A DNA stretch of 64,000 nucleotides from Histomonas meleagridis 2922-C6/04-290x. Taxonomy: Eukaryota > Protista > Parabasalia. The translations under genes were made by a program, and so were the position numbers. The stretch spans positions 124,001-188,000 of the forward strand of contig JAANOX010000064.1 in assembly GCA_020184695.1 (NCBI GenBank), given 5' to 3'. The notes under the pieces are model-generated. The model was not told the origin of the DNA and ran no database searches. It saw nothing but the letters and a program-made list of their open reading frames with translations. Of the stretch, positions 1 to 11,133 are shown piece by piece. Within the stretch, counting starts at the first letter, position 1; each line of letters begins with the position of its first letter.

Positions 1-82
1 ATAACAAGTCGTTACGCAGAACTTTTATCAAAAATAATTTTTGTTAAGTCAACTATTGGAAATTGAATCACACAAAGATATC

Positions 83-410
83 TTAAAAATCATGTTTACC
101 ACAAAGTAATTTAACTATTTCTGTATGACCTTTTTGAGATGCATTCATAAATGCTGTTTCAAATAATATAAATCATTTCCAAATTTTGATTTGAAGTATA
201 AAATTACCAAAATAAATAATAAATAAAACAAATAAATATCAGTTTTCCATATAGCCATTATCAAATGGTAATGTAAGTGCTCTTCTTAATAATTAAAATT
301 ACTTTTTAATATCAAATAGAAACATTATATTATTATATTTGATTTTAAATATAATAGAAAAGTATCTTGATAATTATCATTAAACCTGATTGTTTTTTGT
401 TCAAGCAAAA
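83..410 (-). repeat. Orphan degenerate ankyrin-repeat/80-nt-spacer array
   Basis: Reverse complement reads LLEQK..D, an 80-nt spacer (363-284), a truncated unit RALTLPFDNGY, D, an 80-nt spacer (237-158), then TAFMNASQKGHTEIVKLLCGKHDF*. The 237-158 spacer closely resembles those at 28.3-29.1 kb. Confidence 0.75.
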
Positions 411-648
411 AATTAAATATTTTAAAATCATTAAATATATACTAAATAAAAAGGAACCCTCATAAGAATAATGATTTTGTTAACATAAATGAATGATATC
501 TTCCGCCTTGATTTTTTCTAAAATACGATAAAAAATATCGAAAATGATGATGATTTTTTGAGAAATTACGATTTTTGGAATTCAGCCAAACCAAGTTAAT
601 TCAAGATATTTGATTTTGACAATGTTTGTTTAGATTTATTCTTTCTAA

Positions 649-873
649 ATGCTAATTCCAGTTCGCTGCTTTTCATGCGGCCGCATGATAGCCAACAAAT
701 GGAAGCCATACTCTGAGCTTCTTAGAAGTGGTGTTTCTGTAGCTGATGCTCTTAATCAACTTGGTATTATTCGATTTTGTTGCAGAAGAATGTTCATTAC
801 GCATGCTGATTTAATAGACAGGATGATTGAATATTCACACCCGTATATTCCAGATGAAGCATTTGGAAATTAG
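649..873 (+). CDS. RPB10: DNA-directed RNA polymerases I/II/III subunit RPABC5 (RPB10)
   Basis: MLIPVRCFSCG...RFCCRRM zinc-binding signature; 74 aa. Confidence 0.97.
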   Translation: MLIPVRCFSCGRMIANKWKPYSELLRSGVSVADALNQLGIIRFCCRRMFITHADLIDRMIEYSHPYIPDEAFGN

Positions 874-1104
874 TTCATTTTTAATTTTTTTTTTGTAAAT
901 TAACTTTTTCGAATCTCTTATTATTTTCAAGTAAACTTCTATGAGATGCAGTAATTCTTGTTTCCTAAAGATCTCACATATGTTTTATCATCATAATAAG
1001 AATTCTGATATCGATATTTAAATTTTGCAAAATACAAATTTGTTTTATTGCTTTTTCCACTTCAAAATATAATCGAAAGAAGAATTTATTTCATTATCAA
1101 ACGT

Positions 1105-4100
1105 TTATTCAAAGTTATTTTCAACATCTATACCATTATTATCGTCTTGTGTTAATTCTTCCACGAACTTTAAGAAGTGGTTTGGTCGGTGTTCTTGGCT
1201 AAAGAATGGCAAAGGATGACCTAATTCAATTTCATAATTTGGAGAATTTGCCAATTTCAATGACATAAAGTTCAAATTCCATTCTACGCCTGAAGGAACC
1301 ATAAACCATCCGCTATAATTTTCTGTCAAAACGATTGGAATTCTATGGAAGAAAGTATCTTCAAATCCCACTGGTCTATCTTTAGTGTCTTTGTTATTGA
1401 TACCCCATTCGTAACCAGGTTCATTAAGTTGGAAGCCTCTTATGACACAAGATCCTGGAGGATATGAAATTACAATTGTAGAAAATAGAGGCTTATCAAT
1501 GATTTCGTCCTCATTTTCAGGATCGCTAATTATTGATGTTGCACAAATTGCATCATTTGGTGACATTAAAGGATCATCAATAGCCATTGTATGAATCCAT
1601 CCAACAGGTTTAAGATCATTCATATTCAAAAGTTCATTTCCCTTTGGTAAGTTATGATGGAAGTCTATATGATCATAACTACCAGTTTGAGGTGGGATTA
1701 CGAAACAATGAATTTCAATGATCATGTCGCTATCGTCCGCCGGTTTACCGTACAACAAACCGCAAATTTGAATGTAAGGGTCAGAAATTTCGATGAACTT
1801 TTTCAGGAGGTTCAAGGGCAAAATAAACGTCTTTGTGAACTCATCGTTAATAATACCTTCTGGTGGAACGTTAATTCTATTTGTTTTCAAATAAATATTT
1901 GAACTTTGAATAAGTCTCTTTCTCCAGTCACTTTTTGACTGGAATTGAGTTTGTTCATAACTTGACAGAGTTTGAACGTTAACAATTTCACCAGTTTTTG
2001 AAGCAGTTCTTGTAGTTACAGCGACTATATTACCAGTGTTAACGTTTTCTTCTATTGCCAGTTTTTGTCTTTCTTCACTTGGCGGTGCAATTTCTATACC
2101 CAAAATTATATCTCTAATTTCCGATTGTGTCAAAGCATTTGCAGGCACTGAATTCTTCTTTGAGTAATCATCGATAATTAAATCCTTTAACTTTAATTCT
2201 ATTTTCATCCAATCTTCAGGTGAATGTGTTGGCCATAAATGTTCATTCTTCGTAATGATTGAAGCGTTTGGCCTCAATATGTCCCAAGTTTTATCTTTAG
2301 CCACTTGTAAAGCGCGCATCACTAACATTAGACGTGTGAAACAAGTATAAGGGGATATTGTTTCAAGCCAATCGTCATATAAATTGAACAAAACCATTTT
2401 CGGTTCTGATGAATGTATAACCAAATCGGCGAGTTTTGGTATTTTCATGAATGCAGGTAAAGGTAAATTCATGTCACTACCTTTAACATTAATGTTCGGG
2501 AAATCAGATAATAATAATTGTAATGGATCTAAAAGTAATTCTCGTGTAGCAATGATTTGTTGTGGTTGTTCTTCAGGTGGTAAAGTACGTACTAACGCAG
2601 TAGTTTCTTCTGCTGCTTTCCATTTAGCTAATTGATGAATACGCTTTTGTTGTTGCCATACACGTGTATGAATAATCTTTAAGAACAATTGTCCTGTAGC
2701 AGGATTCATGATAAAGATACCACCATTTACTGGTGTTGTTACGAAGTTACCTTCGAAACTTTTATGTACTTTAACACGATAAGTATTTGTATCATCAACT
2801 AACCATGTCATTTTATTACCAAACATTTCTCCGAAATTGGATGAATTTAATGCTGGTTCACTTGGATCAGAAGAATATAATTGTAATGCTTTACGGACAC
2901 GTTCATGTAATACTGATATAGAAGGATTATAATTCATAATATTTTTCATAGCTTGTTCAATGATTTCTTGTAAACCAGGAATCCAAGTACCATATACAGT
3001 ATATAAATTATAACATAAATCAATTCCAACCATTATACCTGTTTCACTAGGATATAATGATTGTGTACTTGTAGTATAAGCATTAAATAAACTTCGCGTA
3101 TAACGTTCGATATCATGTGAATCATAATCACCCCAACGTAATTGTACGTCGACCCATAAACAAGTTGTTTTATACCCAGTAAATTGTATATTTTTATCAT
3201 TATAAAATGTAGGGTTTGATACATTCCATGAATTAATACTATGTAATGTAATATCGGCACAACTTGAATTCATTTTATATGATTTACGTGGATGAATTGT
3301 TTCTTTTTTAATTGTATCTATTTGTAATTCATTTTGTCGATTATCAAACATTTGGACTAAATCCATAACAATACTTTCATGTGTCTTTTGCCACATATGA
3401 GCTCTAAATAATTGGATTAAACTTACTTTCATTGTAGGGATTTTACCATGCATAAAAATACCAGTTAAATCTAATTGTACTTGAAATCCTACATAAACAT
3501 TAGCACGATTAATAGTTGGTGACCACCATAAAGTAAATCTTCGATTAGGAACTTGTGATAAACCTTGTCGTTGAGCATTTGTAAGTTTTCTAAATTTTAA
3601 TGCTTCTTCAAAACCTGTACTTGTATCCCAAAATAATCCTTCCCATTTATTATAACCTGTAGCTTTAAATATCGAATGTGATAATATACCTTCAACTCCT
3701 CCTAATGCTTGAATTACATCTGATCGATAATCATGTAAATTCCATAATTTCCCATCATGACGATGATGTGTCCAACCAAAAGGATTTGTTTTGAATAATG
3801 TATATTTCTTGAAATATAATCGGACTCTCCAACCTTTATCATATGCTAATATATGACGATCTTTTTGGAATAATGTATTAATACGTGGTACACCTCGATC
3901 CCATAAAGAATCTAAATCTTCAATATTAATTTGTTTGTTTTGTAACATCGCTTCACGTTTAATACTTTTATAATGTGACCATACTCGTTGACTATCATTA
4001 ATTTCTCCTTCCCAAGTTTGAACATAACGATATAATGCTGGGATAAATGCACTTTCGATAATATTATCCATACCACTTCTAAAATGTGTCGAATCCATTA

Positions 4101-7100
4101 CTGTTTGTTTGGAATATTTTAAGTCACATTGTGGTATTAATATATGACCCATAGATAATAATCCTAATCCACCAAATTCTTTAGGTGCATAAAATACTAC
4201 TGGTGGAAAACGATTTGGCATTTTAGAATTCATTCCAAGTTTAACTCGTGTTAAAACTCGATTTTCACATCGTACTATCATATCTAAAAGTTCTGGTGTA
4301 GCTACTAATGCTTCTCTAAAATATGATACTAATGATATAATATGTGTATTCCATTTATTACTAACTTTTGAAAATGTAGTACATTGTGATGATAATAATA
4401 ATTGTCGTGTACGATTCTTAAAATACATAATACTTTTATCAGATACTCGTAAGAATACATAACCAGTGATTTCTTTAGTTTTTTGATCTTGTAATATCCA
4501 TGTTCCTTCTTTAGTGATATAATTTTCATGATTAATTCGACATTTTGGTAATATTCGAACTTCAAATCCACACATATAAAATAATAAATTTGGATTATCT
4601 TTGGAATATACAGAAGCAAATGTTGCATCCCAATTTAAACTTGCTATACTTCTAGGAATTCGATTCTTTAATAACCAAAAGACTGCTCTCCCTAAGTTTA
4701 CGTCATGTTTAATTAAACGCATTCGTGCATCTCTTGGCCAACATTTCTTATTATTATAACCTAATATATTTTCATTATTAGGATCTGGATTATCAGTTAA
4801 GAAATCTTTAATTAAATCTCGTGCTTCTTCTGAAGTGAATTTAAATAATATATGAATACGCATTACATAACGTTGATAAAATCGTATTGGATGATGAATT
4901 TCTTCTTCGATTGAAGAAAATGTTTGGAAATCATTAGGATATTGTGGTGGCCCAGCAATTTCTTGTGCTCGTTTAATACCCATTAATAATAAATCTATCA
5001 TTAAACCCATATATTGAACTATAAATGATGTAAATTGTAATCCATGAATAATTCCATATGAATTTAAATGTGACATATCTTTAAATGTTAATTTAACATT
5101 ATTCTTAGATGTCATATAATCAGCTAAATTATGATCAACTACTAAACGTAACATATAATTTAAAAATGTTAAATCTGTTTTCTCATAAAACTTTTGTAAA
5201 CTTGTTTCGATTAATACCATACATTGTCCATCATCTGTTTCCCATGCACCGGTTAAATTATTTATAGCTTGACACCATTTATATATTAAGATTGGATTCG
5301 GTTCTTTATCAGCTGGTTTAATCCAATTAGGGAATAATTGACGTTTATCTGCTTCATACCATAAATAATGATCTAAATAAGCATCTGTAATTTTCTCGAT
5401 TGCATCTACTTCATATACTGGTACTAATTTAGTATATAAATCTAAAAACATAAAATTAACTTCTCGAAATGCTCTTTGTGTAAATAAATTCCTTTTGATT
5501 CTATTCAACGTTTCATGAGGATTATCATGTGCATGTTCAATTAAACCTAATTCTTCACGTAATGTTTGATTCATACGTTGTGATACATCATGACCTAATC
5601 GTAAACTTTCTAATGCTAATATTAACATTTTGGTATCATGTTTATATTGCATAGGTGGAAATGGTATAATTTGGAATTTCCGTGATTCTAACCAATGTGC
5701 CATAGTTGATACCATAGCTACTGCATCTTGTGGTGATAAGAATGGTCCATCTTTTAAATATGATGCTTGAATATCACTTTGATCCTTAAAATATAATCGT
5801 GTTAATCGTGCAGTATTCTTACGGACAATAGCTTTATCAATTGTACCTTCTCTCGAAATTCTTTCACGTGCATAATGTGTATTAGATACCCACCAATCTG
5901 CTTTCGATTTAACATATCGTAAGATTAATGATTCTAATGGTGGTGGAATCCCTGGTACTTTCCATGGGATATTAGCTTTCCAACATCTCCATGCTTCACC
6001 TAAATGTGCCATTACTGTATGCGCCTTATTTTGGCGAATACTTTCAGGCATTATGTCCATAATATCATGCATTATAGCACCTCGGAATTCTAAATCATAA
6101 TTACTTTCAACTCTTTGCTTAGTGACACATGATGGAGTTCGTTTCGCAACACGTCCTTCATATTCACGTGAAATACGACTATTTAACCATCGCTCCATTA
6201 ATGGTACCATTCCTCTTAAATAAAAGACCCAAACTCGCCACATCGGTCCCCAAAATCCGACTCCTGGTCCACCTCCAACTGCGCCTGCATTAAATTTGGA
6301 ATATATTACATGTTTTAAGTCTTTGCAACGACGGATTTCATGCATAACTTTATACTTGTATCGATACATACCTGTTAAATGTCCAGCATGAGCAAAGACA
6401 TATTGTAATGCATCTGCTAATTGATATCCATCGATTGTACCTAAACGATATTTAACATGACAATCAACTAATAACTTAATAAACTTGAAAAACTCGCGAA
6501 TTAAATGATAACCATTACCAAAACGACTTTTACGTCGTTCTTTAGTATTAAGTGTCTTAATTGGTTTAAGATTAAAGTTATAATCTAAATGTAAAAATAC
6601 TAATCGATGTCGACGTATTAATAAATTACACATGTTAAAACCTTGAGTAATAACTTGTAAACCTGCTTCAACCCAATCAAGTGTTGTACTATGGAAATAT
6701 GGAGTACCTTTAAGTTGTGTAATTAATTTCTTCCTTCGTCGTAATTTATATTGTTTCTTATGATGGACTCGATTTAAGACATAATCTTTAAGAAGCTTTT
6801 GATGACTAACTCGAACTTTAACTGGTTGATCATACGGAGATCGTTGATGATACCATGACCTAATTAATGGTACATCTTCAGCTCGTTGTGTATTCCCAGA
6901 ACGACAATTGAATGGAGGGGGTGCCCAGAAAAGTGACAGGGTGTCAAAAGTGTTTTCAACAAAAAGTGGCAGCTCATCAAATAATGGATCAAAATCTAAT
7001 TCAAGTGGCTCAAAATATGTTGATTCTGGTGGTTCTCTTAGGCCTTTATGGTTAATAGAGCTAATGCCATCAGTTATAAATGGTGGTAAATCTGGCGATT

Positions 7101-8079
7101 CTAATGGGACAAATGCTGAACATGGATAATGAAAAGGTGCGACAGAAACTTTTCGTGGTCTGTTGTTGTATAAGAAAGGAAATGTAACACGACATTCTGT
7201 AGTAATTGGCGTTCTAACAATAATCTTATTAATATCATTAAATTCATTCCATTCTTCATTTGGATCAGAATCTCTAAATAAGGGCTCATATCTTGGCCCT
7301 CCTGGAATAGTTTCATTTAATGCTTTCGATGTAAATAATGCTGGCAAATCAAATAAGAATAAACTATTTGGATCATGATAGTCACCAGTAAGTTGTTTCG
7401 AAAGTCTAAATAAAGTTGACATTGTTGAAAGAGAAAAATTCCATCTCTTGTAAGATTCACCATTGACCATTGGTGTACCAACAAGTCCTAAATGATCATA
7501 AAACCATTTGTAAACATCTTTATCTTCATCTGGATCAAGTTCAAGCATAACAGGTTCGGGTGGTTGAACGCCATCAATATTTGAAACAAAATCTAATGGA
7601 TGTTCTTCATCATCAAATGGTGGAAATTGAAGACGTCTGAAATGAGCTCTATCTCTTTTTTCTCTTCTCATTGCTATCCAACATGTTGCCCATTGTGCTA
7701 TAAAATGTGGAGGAATTACTTTTGGAACTTCATTAACAAAGGTTATAGCACCTGCTGTATGATACAAACATCGTACGTTCCTAAGATCTTCCCATGGCAT
7801 TGGCATGTTTTCAAGTAATTTAAGTAAAGCATGTGGAGCATATTTTAATGCACCAATATATAGACGCTTTTGTCCAGCAAATTTCTCATGGCTCATATCG
7901 CCATGAGCTTTAATAATTTGTCGGACATGCCCAGGTGGTAATTCTCTTTGTAATCCAGTCTTAGGAGTGGATCTTGCTTTATCAAGTTTAAAATGTTTCC
8001 TTCGCAATACCTTCCATTGCTTAATCCTGGCTTGAATTTCGTCTGAATGTGAAAGTTGTACACCTGGTTCTTGGTTCAT
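1105..8079 (-). CDS. PRP8: Pre-mRNA-processing-splicing factor 8 (U5 snRNP Prp8)
   Basis: About 2324-aa ORF with Prp8 motifs (LLKLLENMPMPWE; RRFTLWWSPTINRANVYVGFQVQLDLTGIFMHGKIP; C-terminal MPN-like WIHT). The track start is a TTG; the first ATG is at 8079 with a TCATTT Inr upstream. No intein-sized insertion. Confidence 0.98.
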   Translation of the reverse strand: MNQEPGVQLSHSDEIQARIKQWKVLRRKHFKLDKARSTPKTGLQRELPPGHVRQIIKAHGDMSHEKFAGQKRLYIGALKYAPHALLKLLENMPMPWEDLRNVRCLYHTAGAITFVNEVPKVIPPHFIAQWATCWIAMRREKRDRAHFRRLQFPPFDDEEHPLDFVSNIDGVQPPEPVMLELDPDEDKDVYKWFYDHLGLVGTPMVNGESYKRWNFSLSTMSTLFRLSKQLTGDYHDPNSLFLFDLPALFTSKALNETIPGGPRYEPLFRDSDPNEEWNEFNDINKIIVRTPITTECRVTFPFLYNNRPRKVSVAPFHYPCSAFVPLESPDLPPFITDGISSINHKGLREPPESTYFEPLELDFDPLFDELPLFVENTFDTLSLFWAPPPFNCRSGNTQRAEDVPLIRSWYHQRSPYDQPVKVRVSHQKLLKDYVLNRVHHKKQYKLRRRKKLITQLKGTPYFHSTTLDWVEAGLQVITQGFNMCNLLIRRHRLVFLHLDYNFNLKPIKTLNTKERRKSRFGNGYHLIREFFKFIKLLVDCHVKYRLGTIDGYQLADALQYVFAHAGHLTGMYRYKYKVMHEIRRCKDLKHVIYSKFNAGAVGGGPGVGFWGPMWRVWVFYLRGMVPLMERWLNSRISREYEGRVAKRTPSCVTKQRVESNYDLEFRGAIMHDIMDIMPESIRQNKAHTVMAHLGEAWRCWKANIPWKVPGIPPPLESLILRYVKSKADWWVSNTHYARERISREGTIDKAIVRKNTARLTRLYFKDQSDIQASYLKDGPFLSPQDAVAMVSTMAHWLESRKFQIIPFPPMQYKHDTKMLILALESLRLGHDVSQRMNQTLREELGLIEHAHDNPHETLNRIKRNLFTQRAFREVNFMFLDLYTKLVPVYEVDAIEKITDAYLDHYLWYEADKRQLFPNWIKPADKEPNPILIYKWCQAINNLTGAWETDDGQCMVLIETSLQKFYEKTDLTFLNYMLRLVVDHNLADYMTSKNNVKLTFKDMSHLNSYGIIHGLQFTSFIVQYMGLMIDLLLMGIKRAQEIAGPPQYPNDFQTFSSIEEEIHHPIRFYQRYVMRIHILFKFTSEEARDLIKDFLTDNPDPNNENILGYNNKKCWPRDARMRLIKHDVNLGRAVFWLLKNRIPRSIASLNWDATFASVYSKDNPNLLFYMCGFEVRILPKCRINHENYITKEGTWILQDQKTKEITGYVFLRVSDKSIMYFKNRTRQLLLSSQCTTFSKVSNKWNTHIISLVSYFREALVATPELLDMIVRCENRVLTRVKLGMNSKMPNRFPPVVFYAPKEFGGLGLLSMGHILIPQCDLKYSKQTVMDSTHFRSGMDNIIESAFIPALYRYVQTWEGEINDSQRVWSHYKSIKREAMLQNKQINIEDLDSLWDRGVPRINTLFQKDRHILAYDKGWRVRLYFKKYTLFKTNPFGWTHHRHDGKLWNLHDYRSDVIQALGGVEGILSHSIFKATGYNKWEGLFWDTSTGFEEALKFRKLTNAQRQGLSQVPNRRFTLWWSPTINRANVYVGFQVQLDLTGIFMHGKIPTMKVSLIQLFRAHMWQKTHESIVMDLVQMFDNRQNELQIDTIKKETIHPRKSYKMNSSCADITLHSINSWNVSNPTFYNDKNIQFTGYKTTCLWVDVQLRWGDYDSHDIERYTRSLFNAYTTSTQSLYPSETGIMVGIDLCYNLYTVYGTWIPGLQEIIEQAMKNIMNYNPSISVLHERVRKALQLYSSDPSEPALNSSNFGEMFGNKMTWLVDDTNTYRVKVHKSFEGNFVTTPVNGGIFIMNPATGQLFLKIIHTRVWQQQKRIHQLAKWKAAEETTALVRTLPPEEQPQQIIATRELLLDPLQLLLSDFPNINVKGSDMNLPLPAFMKIPKLADLVIHSSEPKMVLFNLYDDWLETISPYTCFTRLMLVMRALQVAKDKTWDILRPNASIITKNEHLWPTHSPEDWMKIELKLKDLIIDDYSKKNSVPANALTQSEIRDIILGIEIAPPSEERQKLAIEENVNTGNIVAVTTRTASKTGEIVNVQTLSSYEQTQFQSKSDWRKRLIQSSNIYLKTNRINVPPEGIINDEFTKTFILPLNLLKKFIEISDPYIQICGLLYGKPADDSDMIIEIHCFVIPPQTGSYDHIDFHHNLPKGNELLNMNDLKPVGWIHTMAIDDPLMSPNDAICATSIISDPENEDEIIDKPLFSTIVISYPPGSCVIRGFQLNEPGYEWGINNKDTKDRPVGFEDTFFHRIPIVLTENYSGWFMVPSGVEWNLNFMSLKLANSPNYEIELGHPLPFFSQEHRPNHFLKFVEELTQDDNNGIDVENNFE

Positions 8080-8089
8080 TGCAAAATTC

Positions 8090-8095
8090 AAATGA
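8090..8095 (-). promoter_or_regulatory. Initiator (Inr) motif TCATTT upstream of PRP8
   Basis: Matches the trichomonad Inr TCA(C/T)(T/A) 10 nt before the ATG. Similar motifs occur at 25271-25276 (+), 31574-31579 (-), 48690-48695 (-) and 50397-50402 (-). Confidence 0.6.
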
Positions 8096-8336
8096 TGCCA
8101 AATTTGTCACTTTTTGTAAAATCCGGCCCAACAAATCAAATGATTCAAATTATCTCGAAATCCAAGAAATAGATCATAAGAACAAAGTAAAGCAATTACA
8201 TTCGTGAATTTTTTTTACAATTAAAAGAATTAGTAAAAAAAAAAATAAGATTTAACTCCAAAATCAGATCTTTCATTTAAAAAAAAAACATAAAAAGAAG
8301 ATGAAAATAAAAACTTTCATTTATGTAATTATAAAT

Positions 8337-8615
8337 TTACTTGGCTTGTGCTTCACGGAGACGCTTGATAGCAGCACGAGCTGTAAGAGCAGCTGGTGTT
8401 GATGGAATATAAGCACCTCCTGTTGTTGCTTTACCGCATTTTTGGCACTTCCAAATACCAACGACTGTTCTTCTGACTGATGTTTTTCCACAGAATGGGC
8501 ATGGGTATTTCTTACGTTGTGAAATCTCAATCTTCTTTATTGTCTTACGGAGAGATGCACCATAGCGAACACCATATTTACCAACAATTCCGACTTTCTT
8601 TGTTCTGCGAGCCAT
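8337..8615 (-). CDS. RPL37A: 60S ribosomal protein L37a (eL43)
   Basis: [24 protein letters not shown]...CPFCGK..WKCQKC; true ATG at 8615 (92 aa). Confidence 0.97.
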   Translation of the reverse strand: MARRTKKVGIVGKYGVRYGASLRKTIKKIEISQRKKYPCPFCGKTSVRRTVVGIWKCQKCGKATTGGAYIPSTPAALTARAAIKRLREAQAK

Positions 8616-8617
8616 TC

Positions 8618-8634
8618 CTCCAAAAAGGATGGCC
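8618..8634 (-). promoter_or_regulatory. CCTTT (M5-like) core promoter motif GGCCATCCTTTTTGGAG
   Basis: Lies directly upstream of the RPL37A ATG; a near-identical motif precedes RPL18A. Confidence 0.55.
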
Positions 8635-9284
8635 GAACAAAGCTTTTCAAAAAAAACTTTACTGCCACCAACTTTTTCAATGCATTTTGATCGTGAACTT
8701 GACTTCACTTAATCTTGCTTTAATCCTAAAGACTTAAGCAATGAAAGAAGAGATTTATCTTTTTCATTTTTAATTACAATTCCAATTTTTTTAGAATCTA
8801 GATTTTGGTTGCTATTATCTGTTTCTTGATTTTCTTCTATCGACGACTGATTCTGTGATTTTTTGTTTGTCTTATATAAAGCATTTTCTGTTTTCTTTTT
8901 GCTAAGGAATCGAAAATAAAATAAATGTTACTTTCATTAATCTTCCAATTCCCCAAGAATATGTTAAACCCTATGGCAATGCTTTGAACAATTTTTTATA
9001 TCTTGTATGTAAAAATATGGTTTTATTATATTTCAATCATTTTTATTCAAAGATATTTATATCCCACTTTTGATTCAATGGTTTATATGATTTTGAGTCA
9101 AAAATGATCGGCTTTTCATATTTTTACTTGGGCTGAAGCCACTCCTACAGAAGAATCATACGCTCAAGTTTTTTAAACGCTTAATTTATAAATTTTAATG
9201 CCAGTGAAAAAATGAATTCACCTCTAAATTTGGGAATGAATTATCAAAAAAAAAAACTACATAAAAAACGACCTCATTGTTTAC

Positions 9285-10211
9285 CTAGTCGGTTTTCTTT
9301 TGGAAGATTTCTTTGTTAGATCTATTTGATGCTTTAACTCCAAGATAATTTGCAATTGCAAGCTCAGTCATTTCTGCTTTTTCTTCTGGTGTTTTGGACT
9401 TTAACTCTTCCTTCTTAAATGGTGGGAAGAATTTAATTTCGACAATGCACGCTGGGAGTGCAAATGCGAGCCATGCAAATTCTAATGCAGTATCAGTTGT
9501 CCAGTTAAGAGTAACACCACAGAAGCCAAAGATGTTGCGATAGCGAATTGCAACTGGTTGAATCTGTTCATCTGTTAGAAATCCTCCTGTTCTAAATTTG
9601 TAAAGTAATGAGCCATCGGAAATCTTGCCTTCAGGTGCAAGTGCAAGTGGATCTTGACTATGGTCCAACATACTCTTTTTGATGAGCTCTGAGTTGTTAG
9701 AAGCTACGGAACGATCAATGAAAATTGCATTGTTATATTGAAGAATCCAACCAACTAAAGGATTATCTTTAAGGCCTATGTGGCAAACAACTCTAAATGG
9801 TTTGATGACATAGATTAATGGTCCATCAACTAATGATAAATGATTAAATGAAAATTGACGAGTATTTGGATCTAAATCACCAATCTTACGGATATAGTAA
9901 ACACCTAAACAAAACGCTATTAATCTAATATAAATTCTAGTGATAGTATTATAAATTATATAGAAATATGGTCTAAGGGGTGAATGAAAGATGATGTAAA
10001 ATGGAAGAGAAATAACAATAAATGTTAGTATAAGGAATATAAATAATAATAAACGGAGCCACCCAAGACCAAAAATAAATAGTAAAACTTGAATAATTCT
10101 ATCTTTAGTGGTAAAAACAGGAGCGGCATATGATTTTTTGAATTCTTCATCGCTAACATCGGATAATTTAGTTTGATTGTGAAATCCTCGATCCTTTGGT
10201 ACTTCGAACAT
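9285..10211 (-). CDS. Lysophospholipid acyltransferase (LPCAT/AGPAT, PlsC family)
   Basis: N-terminal hydrophobic helix, NHLSLVD (HxxxxD), APEG motif, IQPVAIRY. Confidence 0.88.
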   Translation of the reverse strand: MFEVPKDRGFHNQTKLSDVSDEEFKKSYAAPVFTTKDRIIQVLLFIFGLGWLRLLLFIFLILTFIVISLPFYIIFHSPLRPYFYIIYNTITRIYIRLIAFCLGVYYIRKIGDLDPNTRQFSFNHLSLVDGPLIYVIKPFRVVCHIGLKDNPLVGWILQYNNAIFIDRSVASNNSELIKKSMLDHSQDPLALAPEGKISDGSLLYKFRTGGFLTDEQIQPVAIRYRNIFGFCGVTLNWTTDTALEFAWLAFALPACIVEIKFFPPFKKEELKSKTPEEKAEMTELAIANYLGVKASNRSNKEIFQKKTD

Positions 10212-10404
10212 AAGGTGAGGTCACACTTTTTGAATTGTAGTTTCGGTTGCTTTCAATATTTAAACATCATACGATGCTTACAACGGAAATTTAAAATAAA
10301 TTTTTTCATTTATCTACATATTTAATAACAATCAAACCAATAGAAATCAATAAGGTTAATAAGGCCAAATCATAATAATTTATTTTATTCAAATATATTA
10401 AAAT

Positions 10405-11133
10405 TTATTGTTTATCATCATCATTTTGCATCATACCAAGTGCAACTTCTTCGCCCTCAATATCAGCAATTGCCTGTATAAATTCAAAAGGTAAATCAAT
10501 ATGCGAAAAATCAATTGCTATTTTCGGAAAAGGTCTTCCATACTTAAGCGCATAATGTAATCTTATGTGTGGAGGTAATATTGTAAGGAAATTATCAAAC
10601 AATTCAATGATTCCCAAAGAATATATTTTTTGGATAATATTATCGACATTTACATTTTCTGATTGCATTGATTCAATTGTTGCTTTTAAAGAATTTGCCT
10701 TAGATGTAGGAAGTCTGCTTAACGCCCTTTCGATGAATTTTTTAGGTGATTCTGGCGGTGGATACTCAATATGATCATGAAGAATTTTAAATGCCAAATG
10801 CATTGCAATAGTATACGGAGCCGGAAGAAGTCTAACAACTTGGTCAAATTCATCTGGTAAATCAATAAAAAATACAGCCATTTCAAAACAAAACTGTTGT
10901 GTATTTGTGCATCCAACTGCATATCTTCTTAAAATATCAACAAAATGTTGTTTTATTTGTGTAGTCACAGGTATAAGATAATTTGGAAAGATTGTATTCC
11001 ATAATGCAACTCTTGCAGATGATGATTGTTTTTCTTTAATATTTCCTTTTAATGTTGAAATTGCATGTGTAATTGTTTCTCTTATTTGATAATATCCATG
11101 TTCCATTTGAACTTTACGACGTGTTGAAGCCAT
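10405..11133 (-). CDS. Hypothetical protein with two PAH/harmonin-homology-like helical repeats
   Basis: Open frame, probable ATG at 11133 (MASTRRK). Two segments end in ...VVRLLP and ...FDNFLTILP, resembling PAH/HHD repeats. Domain call is by eye. Confidence 0.55.
   Translation of the reverse strand: MASTRRKVQMEHGYYQIRETITHAISTLKGNIKEKQSSSARVALWNTIFPNYLIPVTTQIKQHFVDILRRYAVGCTNTQQFCFEMAVFFIDLPDEFDQVVRLLPAPYTIAMHLAFKILHDHIEYPPPESPKKFIERALSRLPTSKANSLKATIESMQSENVNVDNIIQKIYSLGIIELFDNFLTILPPHIRLHYALKYGRPFPKIAIDFSHIDLPFEFIQAIADIEGEEVALGMMQNDDDKQ

Noticed and set aside
2390-2470. Prp8 has PAFMK where human has QACLK (5' splice-site cross-link region), a tempting link to non-canonical introns
   Set aside because: This segment is already variable between yeast and human, so the divergence is not diagnostic.
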